Part shown: positions 9,366 through 16,951 of the stretch, in pieces
How the letters are laid out: each line of letters opens with the position of its first letter
How positions within the stretch are numbered: the stretch's first letter is position 1
Assembly (NCBI GenBank): GCA_035653295.1
Contig: DASRCB010000151.1
Coordinates: 1 to 42,667 of the forward strand
Reading direction: 5' to 3'
DNA from: Bryobacteraceae bacterium
GTDB taxonomy: Bacteria; Acidobacteriota; Terriglobia; Bryobacterales; Bryobacteraceae
DNA length: 42,667 nucleotides
Translations under genes and position numbers: made by a program
The notes under the pieces: generated by a model
Seen by the model: only the letters and a program-made list of their open reading frames with translations
Databases searched by the model: none
What the model was told of the DNA's origin: nothing

Positions 9366-10109
9366 ATGATCCGCATCGATTGCCAGTCGGTCTCGAAGAA
9401 CTTCCACCGGCATTCCGGCCGTCAGTTGCTGCGCCAGCACGCGCGCCGCATGTTCAGGGCGCACCGGCTCACGGTTTTCCACGCCCTGCAGGACATCTCA
9501 TTTCGCATCCACTCGGGCGAGAGCGTCGGCATTGTCGGCCGCAACGGGGCCGGGAAGAGCACGCTGCTGGCCGTCATCTCCGGCCTCGCCAGGCCCGACG
9601 CCGGCCACGTCAGCGTGAACGGCCGTATTGCCGCGCTGCTCGAACTCGGCGCCGGATTCCATCCGGACCTCACCGGCAGTGAAAACCTGCTGCTGAATGC
9701 CGCCCTGCTCGGATTTTCGGAGAAGGAGGCACACGCCCGCTTCGATGAGATCGTCGCCTTCGCCGGCCTGGAGGACTTTATCGAGGAGCCGCTGCGCACC
9801 TATTCCAGCGGCATGTCCCTGCGCCTCGCTTTTTCCATTGCCATCAATCTGGACCCGGAAATCCTGATTGTGGACGAGGTCCTCGCGGTCGGCGATCAGG
9901 CCTTCCAGCAAAAGTGCATGGCCCGGGTGCACGCCTTTCGTCAGGCCGGCAAGACCATTCTGGCGGTGTCGCATTCGGCCGCCATGCTGCGCGGCTTGTG
10001 CGACCGCGCCATCTGGCTCGACTCGGGCCGGCTGGTCATGGACGATTCGGTAAACCGCGTGCTCGATGCTTACGGCGCGCCTGCGGCTCCCGTCACCCAG
10101 CCCCACTGA
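9366..10109 (+). CDS. wzt: ABC transporter ATP-binding protein of polysaccharide exporter (Wzt/KpsT/TagH family), short form without C-terminal carbohydrate-binding domain
   Basis: Has Walker A (GRNGAGKST), an LSGG-like signature (YSSGMSLRLAF) and Walker B (ILIVDE). Its start MIRIDCQSV lies 2 nt after the wzm stop. Length is 247 aa. Confidence 0.85.
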   Translation: MIRIDCQSVSKNFHRHSGRQLLRQHARRMFRAHRLTVFHALQDISFRIHSGESVGIVGRNGAGKSTLLAVISGLARPDAGHVSVNGRIAALLELGAGFHPDLTGSENLLLNAALLGFSEKEAHARFDEIVAFAGLEDFIEEPLRTYSSGMSLRLAFSIAINLDPEILIVDEVLAVGDQAFQQKCMARVHAFRQAGKTILAVSHSAAMLRGLCDRAIWLDSGRLVMDDSVNRVLDAYGAPAAPVTQPH

Positions 10110-10118
10110 TCGCGCCCG

Positions 10119-10553
10119 TCAGCGCCTGTGAAGCTGTTTCGGCTGCGTTGACTCCCTGCGCGCGATGGCCGCCTCTACCACCTGCTCACAGCGCGAGCCC
10201 GCCGAGAACGCCCGCGTGAGGTAATCCTGCCCGAGCTTCACCCCCGCCACCCACAGATGCGCGTCGTCGCGGCCCACCGGAACAGTCTTCCCTTTCAGCC
10301 CTTTCAGGCGCCCCGGCACGCCCCGCCTCTGCCCGATAAGAATCCGGTCGCTCGTCTCTACACAGACATAACTGCGGCCATGCCACTCCGCCCAGTCCAG
10401 CACCGTCGCGGGCTGCTGCGCCTGTCTGCCCAGGAGCAGCACCGGAACCAGCGCCAGCCACCTCCGAGCGCATCCGAATCGGACCACCCATCCGATCCGT
10501 CCTGCGGCATTAGGCGATGCGCCCGAAATCCCGTAACATCGAATCGCGGCCAT
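10119..10553 (-). CDS. hypothetical protein (no recognised domain), convergent with wzt
   Basis: An ORF in the 650-bp gap between wzt and the FAD-oxidase gene. The start is chosen at the internal Met (MAAIRCYG). Composition is moderately protein-like. Confidence 0.3.
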   Translation of the reverse strand: MAAIRCYGISGASPNAAGRIGWVVRFGCARRWLALVPVLLLGRQAQQPATVLDWAEWHGRSYVCVETSDRILIGQRRGVPGRLKGLKGKTVPVGRDDAHLWVAGVKLGQDYLTRAFSAGSRCEQVVEAAIARRESTQPKQLHRR

Positions 10554-10759
10554 GTTCACAGCCACTCTCCAACCCCTCCCCACGCAGTTCTCTCCTGCCG
10601 ACTGGCGCTGTCCCGACTGCTTCAATGACCTCACCCCCGATCATCACACGCGCGACTCCCTCCGCATCCTCGAGGATCGTGATCGTGAAGAGAACGGTCC
10701 TTCGTTCCTGTTCCACGGCTGAGCCACGCGCCGCTTAGCCGCCGCGGTTTAAACTGGGC

Positions 10760-13555
10760 GTGAGCATGGCCACCGCCGCCAGGTCGCGCGCGCCCGTCGT
10801 GGAACAATCCCTGGAGCAGCTGCTGGGGCGAATCGTCGATCCTTCCCGCATTTTGACTCGCCCCATCGACCGCGTCGCGTTCGCCTCCGACGCCAGCTTT
10901 TACCGCCTTATCCCACGCGCTGTTGTGCTGTCCAGCGGCATCGACGAAATCCAGTCCCTGTTCCGCCTCAGCCACGAACAGCGCGTTCCGATCACCTTTC
11001 GCGCCGGCGGCACCAGCCTGTCGGGCCAGGCCGTCACCGACGGCATTCTGGTCGAGGTCGCGCGCCACTGGCGCAGGATGAGCGCCGTCGATGGCGGCCG
11101 TAAAGTGCGCGTCCAGCCCGGCGTCATTGGCGGTAAAGTGAACGAGTTCCTTCGCCTGTATCGCGCCAAAATCGGACCCGATCCAGCATCCATCAACGCC
11201 TGTATGATGGGCGGCATTCTGTCCAACAACTCCAGCGGAATGTGCTGTGGAGTGGCCAATAACGCCTATCACACCCTGGACTCGCTCACCTTCGTGCTGC
11301 CTTCGGGAACGGTCGTCGACACCTCCACGGCGGATGCCGACGAGGTCTTCCGCGCTCGTGAACCGGTGCTGGCCGAGGGCTTGCTTCAGATTCGATCTGA
11401 AATCCTCGCGAATTCCACACTGCGCGAGCGTATCCGCCGCAAGTACCTGCTGAAGAACACCACCGGGTACTCGCTCAACGCCTTCATCGATTTCGAGCGC
11501 CCCATCGACATCTTCAGTCATCTGCTGATCGGTTCCGAGGGCACCCTCGCGTTTATCGCCGAGGGCGTGCTGCGCACCGTCCCCGATCTGCCGGTCAAGT
11601 ACACCGGTCTGCTGCTCTTCCCCGATCTGTACGCCGCCTGCGACGCCATCGTCCCGCTGCGCGATGCCGGCGCAAAAGCGCTGGAGATCATGGATCGCGC
11701 TTCGCTGCGCTCGGTCGAAGGCCAGCCCGGTATTCCCGAGTCGTTCAGCTCACTCCCCGAAACCGCCGCCGCGCTGCTCACCGAATTTCAATGCGTCGAG
11801 GAGAAGGACCGCGGCCAGCTCGAGGACCAGGCGCGTCAGGGCGCGGCGAATCTGAAACTGCTCGAGCCCGCAGCCTTCACCCATAACCCCGTGGAGCAGG
11901 CGCTGCTCTGGAAAATCCGCTCCGGCCTTTTCCCTTCCGTCGCCGCGGTGCGCCGCAGCGGATCGAGTGTGATCATCGAAGACGTTGTTTTCCCGGTGGA
12001 GCAGCTGGCCCCCGCCTCCCTCGATCTCACCGCCATCTTCCGCAAAACCGGGTACGACGACGCGATTATCTTCGGCCACGCCAAGGACGGCAACCTCCAC
12101 TTCGTCATCGGCCAGCCATTCAACACCCAGGCGGCTGTCGACCAGTACGCGCGCCTGATGGACGAGGTCGTGCGGCTCGTGGTGGAGCGCTACGATGGCG
12201 CGCTCAAAGGCGAGCACGGCACGGGGCGAAACGTGGCCCCGTTCGTTGAAGCGGAGTGGGGCCCCGAGGCTTACGCCATCATGAAGCGCGTCAAGGCCCT
12301 GGCCGATCCCGACAACCTGCTGAATCCCGGCGTGCTGATCAACCCTAACCCGGCGGCGCACGTCAGCGACCTGAAAGCCATGCCCACCGTCGAAGAAGAG
12401 GTCGACAAATGCATGGAGTGCGGGTTCTGCGAAAACAAGTGCCCCAGCCGCGATCTCACGCTGACTCCTCGCCAGCGCATCGTGGTGCGCCGCGAGATCG
12501 TGCGGCTCAACAATGGCGGCCGGCGCGAAGCCGCCGCGGAGCTGGAAACGGACTTCCCCTACATGGCGCTGGACACCTGTGCCGCCGACGGCCTCTGCGC
12601 GACGGCGTGCCCGGTGAGCATCGATACCGGCGCTCTAACCAAGCGATTCCGCCGGCTGCGGCATACGGCCGCCGAACACCGCCGCGCACTGCTTGCCGCC
12701 CGCCATTTCAATCTGCTCGAGCGTGGCGCCCGGCTCGGGCTCCGTTTGGGGCGCATCGGCCGGATGTTCGGCATTGGCGGCCGCTGGACCGCCGACCTGC
12801 CCGGCCCCGCGCCGGCCCCTCCCAAAACACAGGCCGCCGCCGCGCAGGCAGTGTACTTCCCGTCGTGCGTCTCGCGGGTCATGGGCGGTGAGCTGATGCA
12901 GACCGTCGTCACCGTAGCCCAGCGAGCCGGTGTGCCGGTCCACATCCCGCGCGCAGCGCGCGGCGCGTGCTGCGGCGTGCCGTTTTCATCGAAAGGCTAC
13001 GACGCCGCCAATGAGTTGGCGGTGAACCGCGCCATCGAGCGGCTCTGGGAGTGGTCCGATCATGGCCGGCTTCCCGTCGTCATCGATACCAGCCCGTGCA
13101 CCTACGGTCTGCGTACCTGCCGCACCCATCTAACCGCGGAAAACCAGAAGCGCTTCGACCAGCTCCGAATCCTCGACAGCGTCGAGTTCGCCAACGACGT
13201 GCTGTTGCCGAAGCTGACCATCACCCGCCCGGCGCGCTCCGTGGCGCTCCACCCGGTGTGCTCGCTCACCAAGCTGAACCTTGCGGGAAAACTCGAGTCT
13301 GTCGCGCGCGCGTGCAGTGGGACGGCCGTGATTCCACGCAGCGCCGGGTGCTGCGGCTTCGCGGGCGACCGCGGGTTCCTGTTTCCGGAGCTCACGGCCG
13401 CGGCAACAGCGCCCGAAGCAGCGGAAGTCCTGGCCGGCGATTTCGAGGCACACTACTCCAGCAGCCGCACCTGCGAAATCGGCCTGACGCGCGTTACCGG
13501 CCGGCCTTATCGCTCGTTCATTTACCTGCTCGAGGAAGCTACCCGCCCGCGGTAG
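10760..13555 (+). CDS. FAD-binding (PCMH-type) and (Fe-S)-binding oxidoreductase, YdiJ/D-2-hydroxyacid dehydrogenase-like (FAD oxidase + 4Fe-4S dicluster + CCG domains)
   Basis: 931 aa. It has an N-terminal FAD_binding_4-like region, a central CxxCxxCxxxCP cluster (CMECGFCENKCP...CAADGLCATACP) and C-terminal Cys-rich CCG-like repeats (CCGVPF, CCGFAGDRGF). Confidence 0.8.
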   Translation: MSMATAARSRAPVVEQSLEQLLGRIVDPSRILTRPIDRVAFASDASFYRLIPRAVVLSSGIDEIQSLFRLSHEQRVPITFRAGGTSLSGQAVTDGILVEVARHWRRMSAVDGGRKVRVQPGVIGGKVNEFLRLYRAKIGPDPASINACMMGGILSNNSSGMCCGVANNAYHTLDSLTFVLPSGTVVDTSTADADEVFRAREPVLAEGLLQIRSEILANSTLRERIRRKYLLKNTTGYSLNAFIDFERPIDIFSHLLIGSEGTLAFIAEGVLRTVPDLPVKYTGLLLFPDLYAACDAIVPLRDAGAKALEIMDRASLRSVEGQPGIPESFSSLPETAAALLTEFQCVEEKDRGQLEDQARQGAANLKLLEPAAFTHNPVEQALLWKIRSGLFPSVAAVRRSGSSVIIEDVVFPVEQLAPASLDLTAIFRKTGYDDAIIFGHAKDGNLHFVIGQPFNTQAAVDQYARLMDEVVRLVVERYDGALKGEHGTGRNVAPFVEAEWGPEAYAIMKRVKALADPDNLLNPGVLINPNPAAHVSDLKAMPTVEEEVDKCMECGFCENKCPSRDLTLTPRQRIVVRREIVRLNNGGRREAAAELETDFPYMALDTCAADGLCATACPVSIDTGALTKRFRRLRHTAAEHRRALLAARHFNLLERGARLGLRLGRIGRMFGIGGRWTADLPGPAPAPPKTQAAAAQAVYFPSCVSRVMGGELMQTVVTVAQRAGVPVHIPRAARGACCGVPFSSKGYDAANELAVNRAIERLWEWSDHGRLPVVIDTSPCTYGLRTCRTHLTAENQKRFDQLRILDSVEFANDVLLPKLTITRPARSVALHPVCSLTKLNLAGKLESVARACSGTAVIPRSAGCCGFAGDRGFLFPELTAAATAPEAAEVLAGDFEAHYSSSRTCEIGLTRVTGRPYRSFIYLLEEATRPR

Positions 13556-13558
13556 TTC

Positions 13559-14185
13559 TCACTTCTGCCCCGTCTGCAGGTCGATGTTCGTGAAAACAGC
13601 CGTCTGCCGGTCATTGACGTCGTGCGAGCACGCGGCGAGCCCCACATACGCCGCTTCGGGTAGATCGATTGTTATGCTGCCGATCGGCTGGAATGCCTCT
13701 CCGGGCTTTGCCACGTCCGCGGAGATCACATTCCCCTTACGGCTCAGTCGAAGGTGAGCAGGCGCGGTAATCGGAGTTCGCATCTCCTCTGTCTCGCCGC
13801 CCTTTGTCTTCCGGTATTGAAACGCGATCAGCCCTACCCCGTGCTGGGCGACGTCGGCATAGATGTCGTCGGGATCGAGCCCGGCGCGGACCATCGGCCC
13901 AGCCTTCTTGTGCTCGTTGCCGCCGGCGGTCGCCCAATCGATATCCGCGGTAAGGCTGAAGTCGCCGGACATCTTACGCCACGTCATGTAGAAGTCGTCC
14001 GCAGTGGCCCACATATTGGCCCCGCTGCCGGTGATGCGCCACGACTTGCTGCCGGCGTCGTACTCGGCGGAGCCCTTCGCGGCCGACGGCCCGATCCCGG
14101 TCGACTGGTCGAAGATCGCGGGGCCATCGGCCTGCGTAAACACACAGAAGAGGATTACAAGCCCGAACGCGCTGAGTGATCGCAT
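13559..14185 (-). CDS. secreted hypothetical protein (possible concanavalin-A-like/DUF1349-like beta-sandwich)
   Basis: Signal peptide MRSLSAFGLVILFCVFTQA. W/G/F-rich beta-sandwich-like sequence (WRITGSGANMWATADDFYMTWRKMSGDFSL). The stop is 3 nt from the stop of the convergent FAD/Fe-S gene. Confidence 0.5.
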   Translation of the reverse strand: MRSLSAFGLVILFCVFTQADGPAIFDQSTGIGPSAAKGSAEYDAGSKSWRITGSGANMWATADDFYMTWRKMSGDFSLTADIDWATAGGNEHKKAGPMVRAGLDPDDIYADVAQHGVGLIAFQYRKTKGGETEEMRTPITAPAHLRLSRKGNVISADVAKPGEAFQPIGSITIDLPEAAYVGLAACSHDVNDRQTAVFTNIDLQTGQK

Positions 14186-14389
14186 GTGAATTAAAGCATA
14201 CCGCCCTGCCTCGCCCACATGAACAAAGTTTTTCTTGACCACCACCAGTAAGTGCAGTTATCATGATCAGGCTGGAGAGACCACTCATGACTGCCTATAG
14301 ACAAGGTTCGGAATGCCTTGCTGGTGCGGCTTCTCTGAAGTACCGCATGCCGGCGGTCGATGAGCCTTTTGCAGCTCCACCTGGAGATA

Positions 14390-14461
14390 GCTCAGACGGT
14401 AGAGCAACAGCCTAAGGAGCTGTGGGCGCGGGTTCGACTCCCGCTTTCCGCCAACTGCTGC
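14390..14461 (+). ncRNA. tRNA-like element / probable tRNA pseudogene: canonical D-arm (GCTCAGACGGTAGAGC), perfect anticodon stem, T-arm GCGGGTTCGACTCCCGC, but anticodon AAG and C1-C72 mismatch
   Basis: Hand-folded cloverleaf. Acceptor CTGGAGA/TTTCCGC has 4 Watson-Crick pairs plus 2 G-U, with a C-C mismatch at 1-72. The anticodon loop is CTAAGGA, giving anticodon AAG with G37. The variable loop is 4 nt, so this is not a class II Leu tRNA. No CCA in register. Confidence 0.45.
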
Positions 14462-14684
14462 TGACAACAGCGAAACCAACCAGAGTGAACCAGGCTTTGT
14501 TCCCGCCGGACGCGCAGTCTGCGTACCGGCAGCGGTAACCGGGCCCTGTGCTTTCGCCCCAGCGCGCCGCCACGAGAAGCACGCAGTATGTCGCCGAGTT
14601 CGGAGCGCCACGCGAAAGACCGCCGCGGTCGCCGTGGAGCAAGCCTGGGGATCTCTTAGCAACTCGTGAAGGAGGTGATGTCTT

Positions 14685-15803
14685 ATGTTGCGCCGGATTC
14701 TTGTCGGCGACAACGAGCGCGTGTTAGTGATTCGCAACCGCCGGTTCGAAGCTGTCCTCGGACCGGGATCTTACTGGATCCTGACGCTCGTCGGTGAAGT
14801 ACAGCTGGAATACCACAACGTTCGCGAAGGCGCGTTCACCAGCGAATGGACGAACTACATCGCCACGGAGCGGCCCGATGTCGTGGCCGCGCATTTCACG
14901 CTGGTCGACACCACCGACGTGCAGGTCGCCGTTGTGCGCCTGGACGACAAGGTGAGCCGCGTCATTGGCCCGGCATCGCGCGTCCTGTTCTGGCGCGGAC
15001 CGATGACCGTGACAGCGGAGGTCATCGACGTGCGCTCCGAGCCGGAGGTCCCGGCCCGGCTGCTGGCGCCATTGGCCCGTTTGGGCCGTGAGTCGCTGGC
15101 CACGTTCACCGTCATCGACGAGGGCCGGCGGGGATTGCTGTACCTCGATGGCCGCCTCGTTCGCGAGATTCCTGCCGGCGCGTACGGTTTCTGGAACGTG
15201 GTGGTCAGCGCTCGTGTGGAAGTGCTGGAAACGCGGCTGCAGACGCTCGAAGCGCCAGGCCAGGAGATCCTTACGAAGGACAAGGTCACAGTGCGTGTCA
15301 ATGTTTCGGCTGTGTACGAGGTGACGGATGCTGTTCAGGCCCGCTCGCGCGTGAAGGACGCCGGCGACCATCTGTACCGCACGCTTCAGATCGCGGTGCG
15401 GCAGACGCTGGGCAGGCGCACGCTCGACGAGGTGCTGGCGGAGAAGGCGGATATTGACGAAGCGGTGTCGGCCGAGGTGCGCCGGGAGATGGAGGCTTAC
15501 GGTGTTCGCGTCGGGGAGATCGCCCTGAAGGACATCATCCTGCCCGGCGATATCCGCGAGATCCTCAACCAGGTGGTGACGGCGGAGAAGCAGGCGCAGG
15601 CCAACCTGATCCGCCGCCGCGAGGAGACGGCCGCCACGCCGTCGCTGCTCAACACCGCGCGCCTGATGGAGGACAATCCTCTGCTGGTGCGTATGAAGGA
15701 GCTCGAAACGCTCGAGAAGATCGCCGGCAAGGTGGAGAAGATCACCGTTGTTGGCGGTCTCGACGGGCTGCTCGAGCGCACCGTCACGCTGCGAAACCAG
15801 TAG
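14685..15803 (+). CDS. SPFH/band-7 (stomatin/prohibitin/slipin-like) domain protein without N-terminal transmembrane segment
   Basis: Strong RBS AAGGAGGTGAT. The SPFH core is LTKDKVTVRVNVSAVYEV...YRTLQIAVRQTLGRRTLDEVLAEKADIDEAV...GVRVGEIALKDIILPGDIREILNQ, followed by a coiled-coil tail. The N-terminal ~190 aa are beta-rich with no hydrophobic anchor. Confidence 0.8.
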   Translation: MLRRILVGDNERVLVIRNRRFEAVLGPGSYWILTLVGEVQLEYHNVREGAFTSEWTNYIATERPDVVAAHFTLVDTTDVQVAVVRLDDKVSRVIGPASRVLFWRGPMTVTAEVIDVRSEPEVPARLLAPLARLGRESLATFTVIDEGRRGLLYLDGRLVREIPAGAYGFWNVVVSARVEVLETRLQTLEAPGQEILTKDKVTVRVNVSAVYEVTDAVQARSRVKDAGDHLYRTLQIAVRQTLGRRTLDEVLAEKADIDEAVSAEVRREMEAYGVRVGEIALKDIILPGDIREILNQVVTAEKQAQANLIRRREETAATPSLLNTARLMEDNPLLVRMKELETLEKIAGKVEKITVVGGLDGLLERTVTLRNQ

Positions 15804-15809
15804 TTGGTG

Positions 15810-15833
15810 GGGCAGGCGGTTTCGCCTGCCCTT
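15810..15833 (+). terminator. rho-independent terminator-like hairpin GGGCAGGCG-GTTT-CGCCTGCCC followed by TT
   Basis: Perfect 9-bp GC-rich stem with a 4-nt loop, 7 nt after the SPFH stop codon. Confidence 0.55.
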
Positions 15834-15853
15834 GCATTCGATATAGTCTCCTC

Positions 15854-16678
15854 ATGTGCAAACTCCGCACTTGTCTCATTCTGCTGATCGCCTTCGGCGC
15901 CCTGAGCACGGTTCATCCACAGACGAAAAAGAAAAAACTGCTTGCCATTGGCGAAGTGAAAGGATGGCAGCACGATTCCGTATCGCACGCGCTTGCGACC
16001 ATCGAAAAGCTGGGCTACGATTCCGGCCTGTGGGATACGTTTATTCGCACCGATTGCCAGCTGGTGACGAAGAAGAAGGTCCCCGCGGGCAACGCGAAAA
16101 ACCTCAATGACTTCGACGCCGTCGCTTTTTATACCACTGGCGAGCTCGACATGGACGATTCGCAGAAAGCCGACCTGCTCTCCTTCGTGCACGATGACGG
16201 CAAAGGATTCATAGGCATCCACAGCGCGCCGGATACATTCTACAAATGGCCTGAATACGGAGAAATGCTGGGTGGGTATTTCGACGAGCATCCCTGGATG
16301 ACCTTCGATGCTCCGGTAATCGTCGAAGACCCGAATTTCCCAGCCATGAAGGCGTTTCCGCCCTCGTTTACCATTCACGATGAGATTTACCAGCTGAAGG
16401 ACTGGTCGCGCGATAAGTGTCGTGTTCTGATGCGGCTCGATCCGAATAAGATCGATCTCAGCAACCCGCGCGTCCACCGGAAGGATAAGGACTTCGCCGT
16501 CGCGTACGCGAAGATGTACGGCAAGGGACGCGTGTTCTACAGTACTCTCGGCCATGTCACTGAGAACTGGGACCGAAAGGACGTGCAGACGATGTACGTG
16601 GAGGCGATCAAATGGGCGATGGGCATGGAGCCAGGAGATGCCACGCCCCGCCCGCTTCCTCCCGCCCCCATGCAGTGA
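15854..16678 (+). CDS. ThuA-like (trehalose-utilisation/class-I glutamine-amidotransferase-like fold) secreted protein
   Basis: Signal peptide MCKLRTCLILLIAFGALSTVHPQ. ThuA-type motifs are present (GKGFIGIHSAPDTF, GGYFDEHPW, IHDEIYQL). Codon usage is noticeably lower in GC than neighbours (AAA/GAA-rich). Confidence 0.7.
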   Translation: MCKLRTCLILLIAFGALSTVHPQTKKKKLLAIGEVKGWQHDSVSHALATIEKLGYDSGLWDTFIRTDCQLVTKKKVPAGNAKNLNDFDAVAFYTTGELDMDDSQKADLLSFVHDDGKGFIGIHSAPDTFYKWPEYGEMLGGYFDEHPWMTFDAPVIVEDPNFPAMKAFPPSFTIHDEIYQLKDWSRDKCRVLMRLDPNKIDLSNPRVHRKDKDFAVAYAKMYGKGRVFYSTLGHVTENWDRKDVQTMYVEAIKWAMGMEPGDATPRPLPPAPMQ

Positions 16679-16694
16679 CCTGCGGCGCGCCCCC

Positions 16695-16747
16695 GCGCCG
16701 ATTGTGGTGCAAGCCTTTGGCTTGCACACGGCGGGCTCTCAGCCCGG
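16695..16747 (+). repeat. intergenic hairpin repeat unit copy 1: GCCGATTGTGGTGCAAGCC-TTT-GGCTTGCAC (9-bp stem) followed by GGGCT-CTC-AGCCC mini-hairpin
   Basis: Perfect palindrome GTGCAAGCC/GGCTTGCAC at 16707-16727. The second palindrome GGGCTCTCAGCCC is at 16733-16745. Confidence 0.7.
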
Positions 16748-16817
16748 TTCGGTACGAACCGATTTGAAGGTGACTTCAGAAAGCTGCTCGATGGGGGGCA
16801 GCGCCTCGCCCTGCAGC

Positions 16818-16890
16818 GGGCTCTCAGCCCGCCTCTGGACTTGGACACTCTGCTGAAATGCCGATTGTAGTGCAACCCTTTGGCTTGCAC
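16818..16890 (+). repeat. intergenic hairpin repeat unit copy 2 (sub-elements in swapped order): GGGCTCTCAGCCC at 16818-16830 then GCCGATTGTAGTGCAACCC-TTT-GGCTTGCAC at 16859-16890
   Basis: About 90% identical to copy 1 over the 33-nt hairpin element. It overlaps the ORF-track start (16880) of the downstream carboxyltransferase gene. Confidence 0.7.
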
Positions 16891-16951
16891 GGGTTCCCCG
16901 CCAACGACCCCACCATCCGGCATCGCGCCGTTGCGTTACGCTGAAGGCGCA

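Noticed and set aside
8347-10106. Minus-strand ORFs 8347..9000 and 9498..10106 opposite wzm and wzt
   Set aside because: Antisense artefacts. wzm and wzt have strong family signatures and are translationally coupled.
10631-11521. 296-aa minus-strand ORF overlapping the start of the FAD/Fe-S oxidoreductase gene
   Set aside because: Antisense to a well-supported gene. Low-complexity Gly/Ala/Asp-rich translation.
14390-14461. Calling this a functional canonical tRNA gene with an assigned amino acid
   Set aside because: Anticodon AAG with a short variable arm fits no bacterial isoacceptor, and the 1-72 pair is C-C. Reported instead as a tRNA-like element or pseudogene.
14285-14737. 150-aa minus-strand ORF covering the tRNA-like element
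   Set aside because: It overlaps a structured RNA-like sequence and has Arg/Ala/Thr-rich junk composition.
15497-16729. 410-aa minus-strand ORF opposite the ThuA-like gene
   Set aside because: Arg/Ala/Gly-rich junk translation typical of antisense frames in high-GC DNA. The plus-strand ThuA gene has a signal peptide and family motifs.
16880-16951. ORF-track start of the acyl-CoA carboxyltransferase at 16880
   Set aside because: It lies inside the intergenic hairpin repeat, and the first 24 codons are not conserved-looking. The start at 16952 with a GAAGG RBS is preferred.
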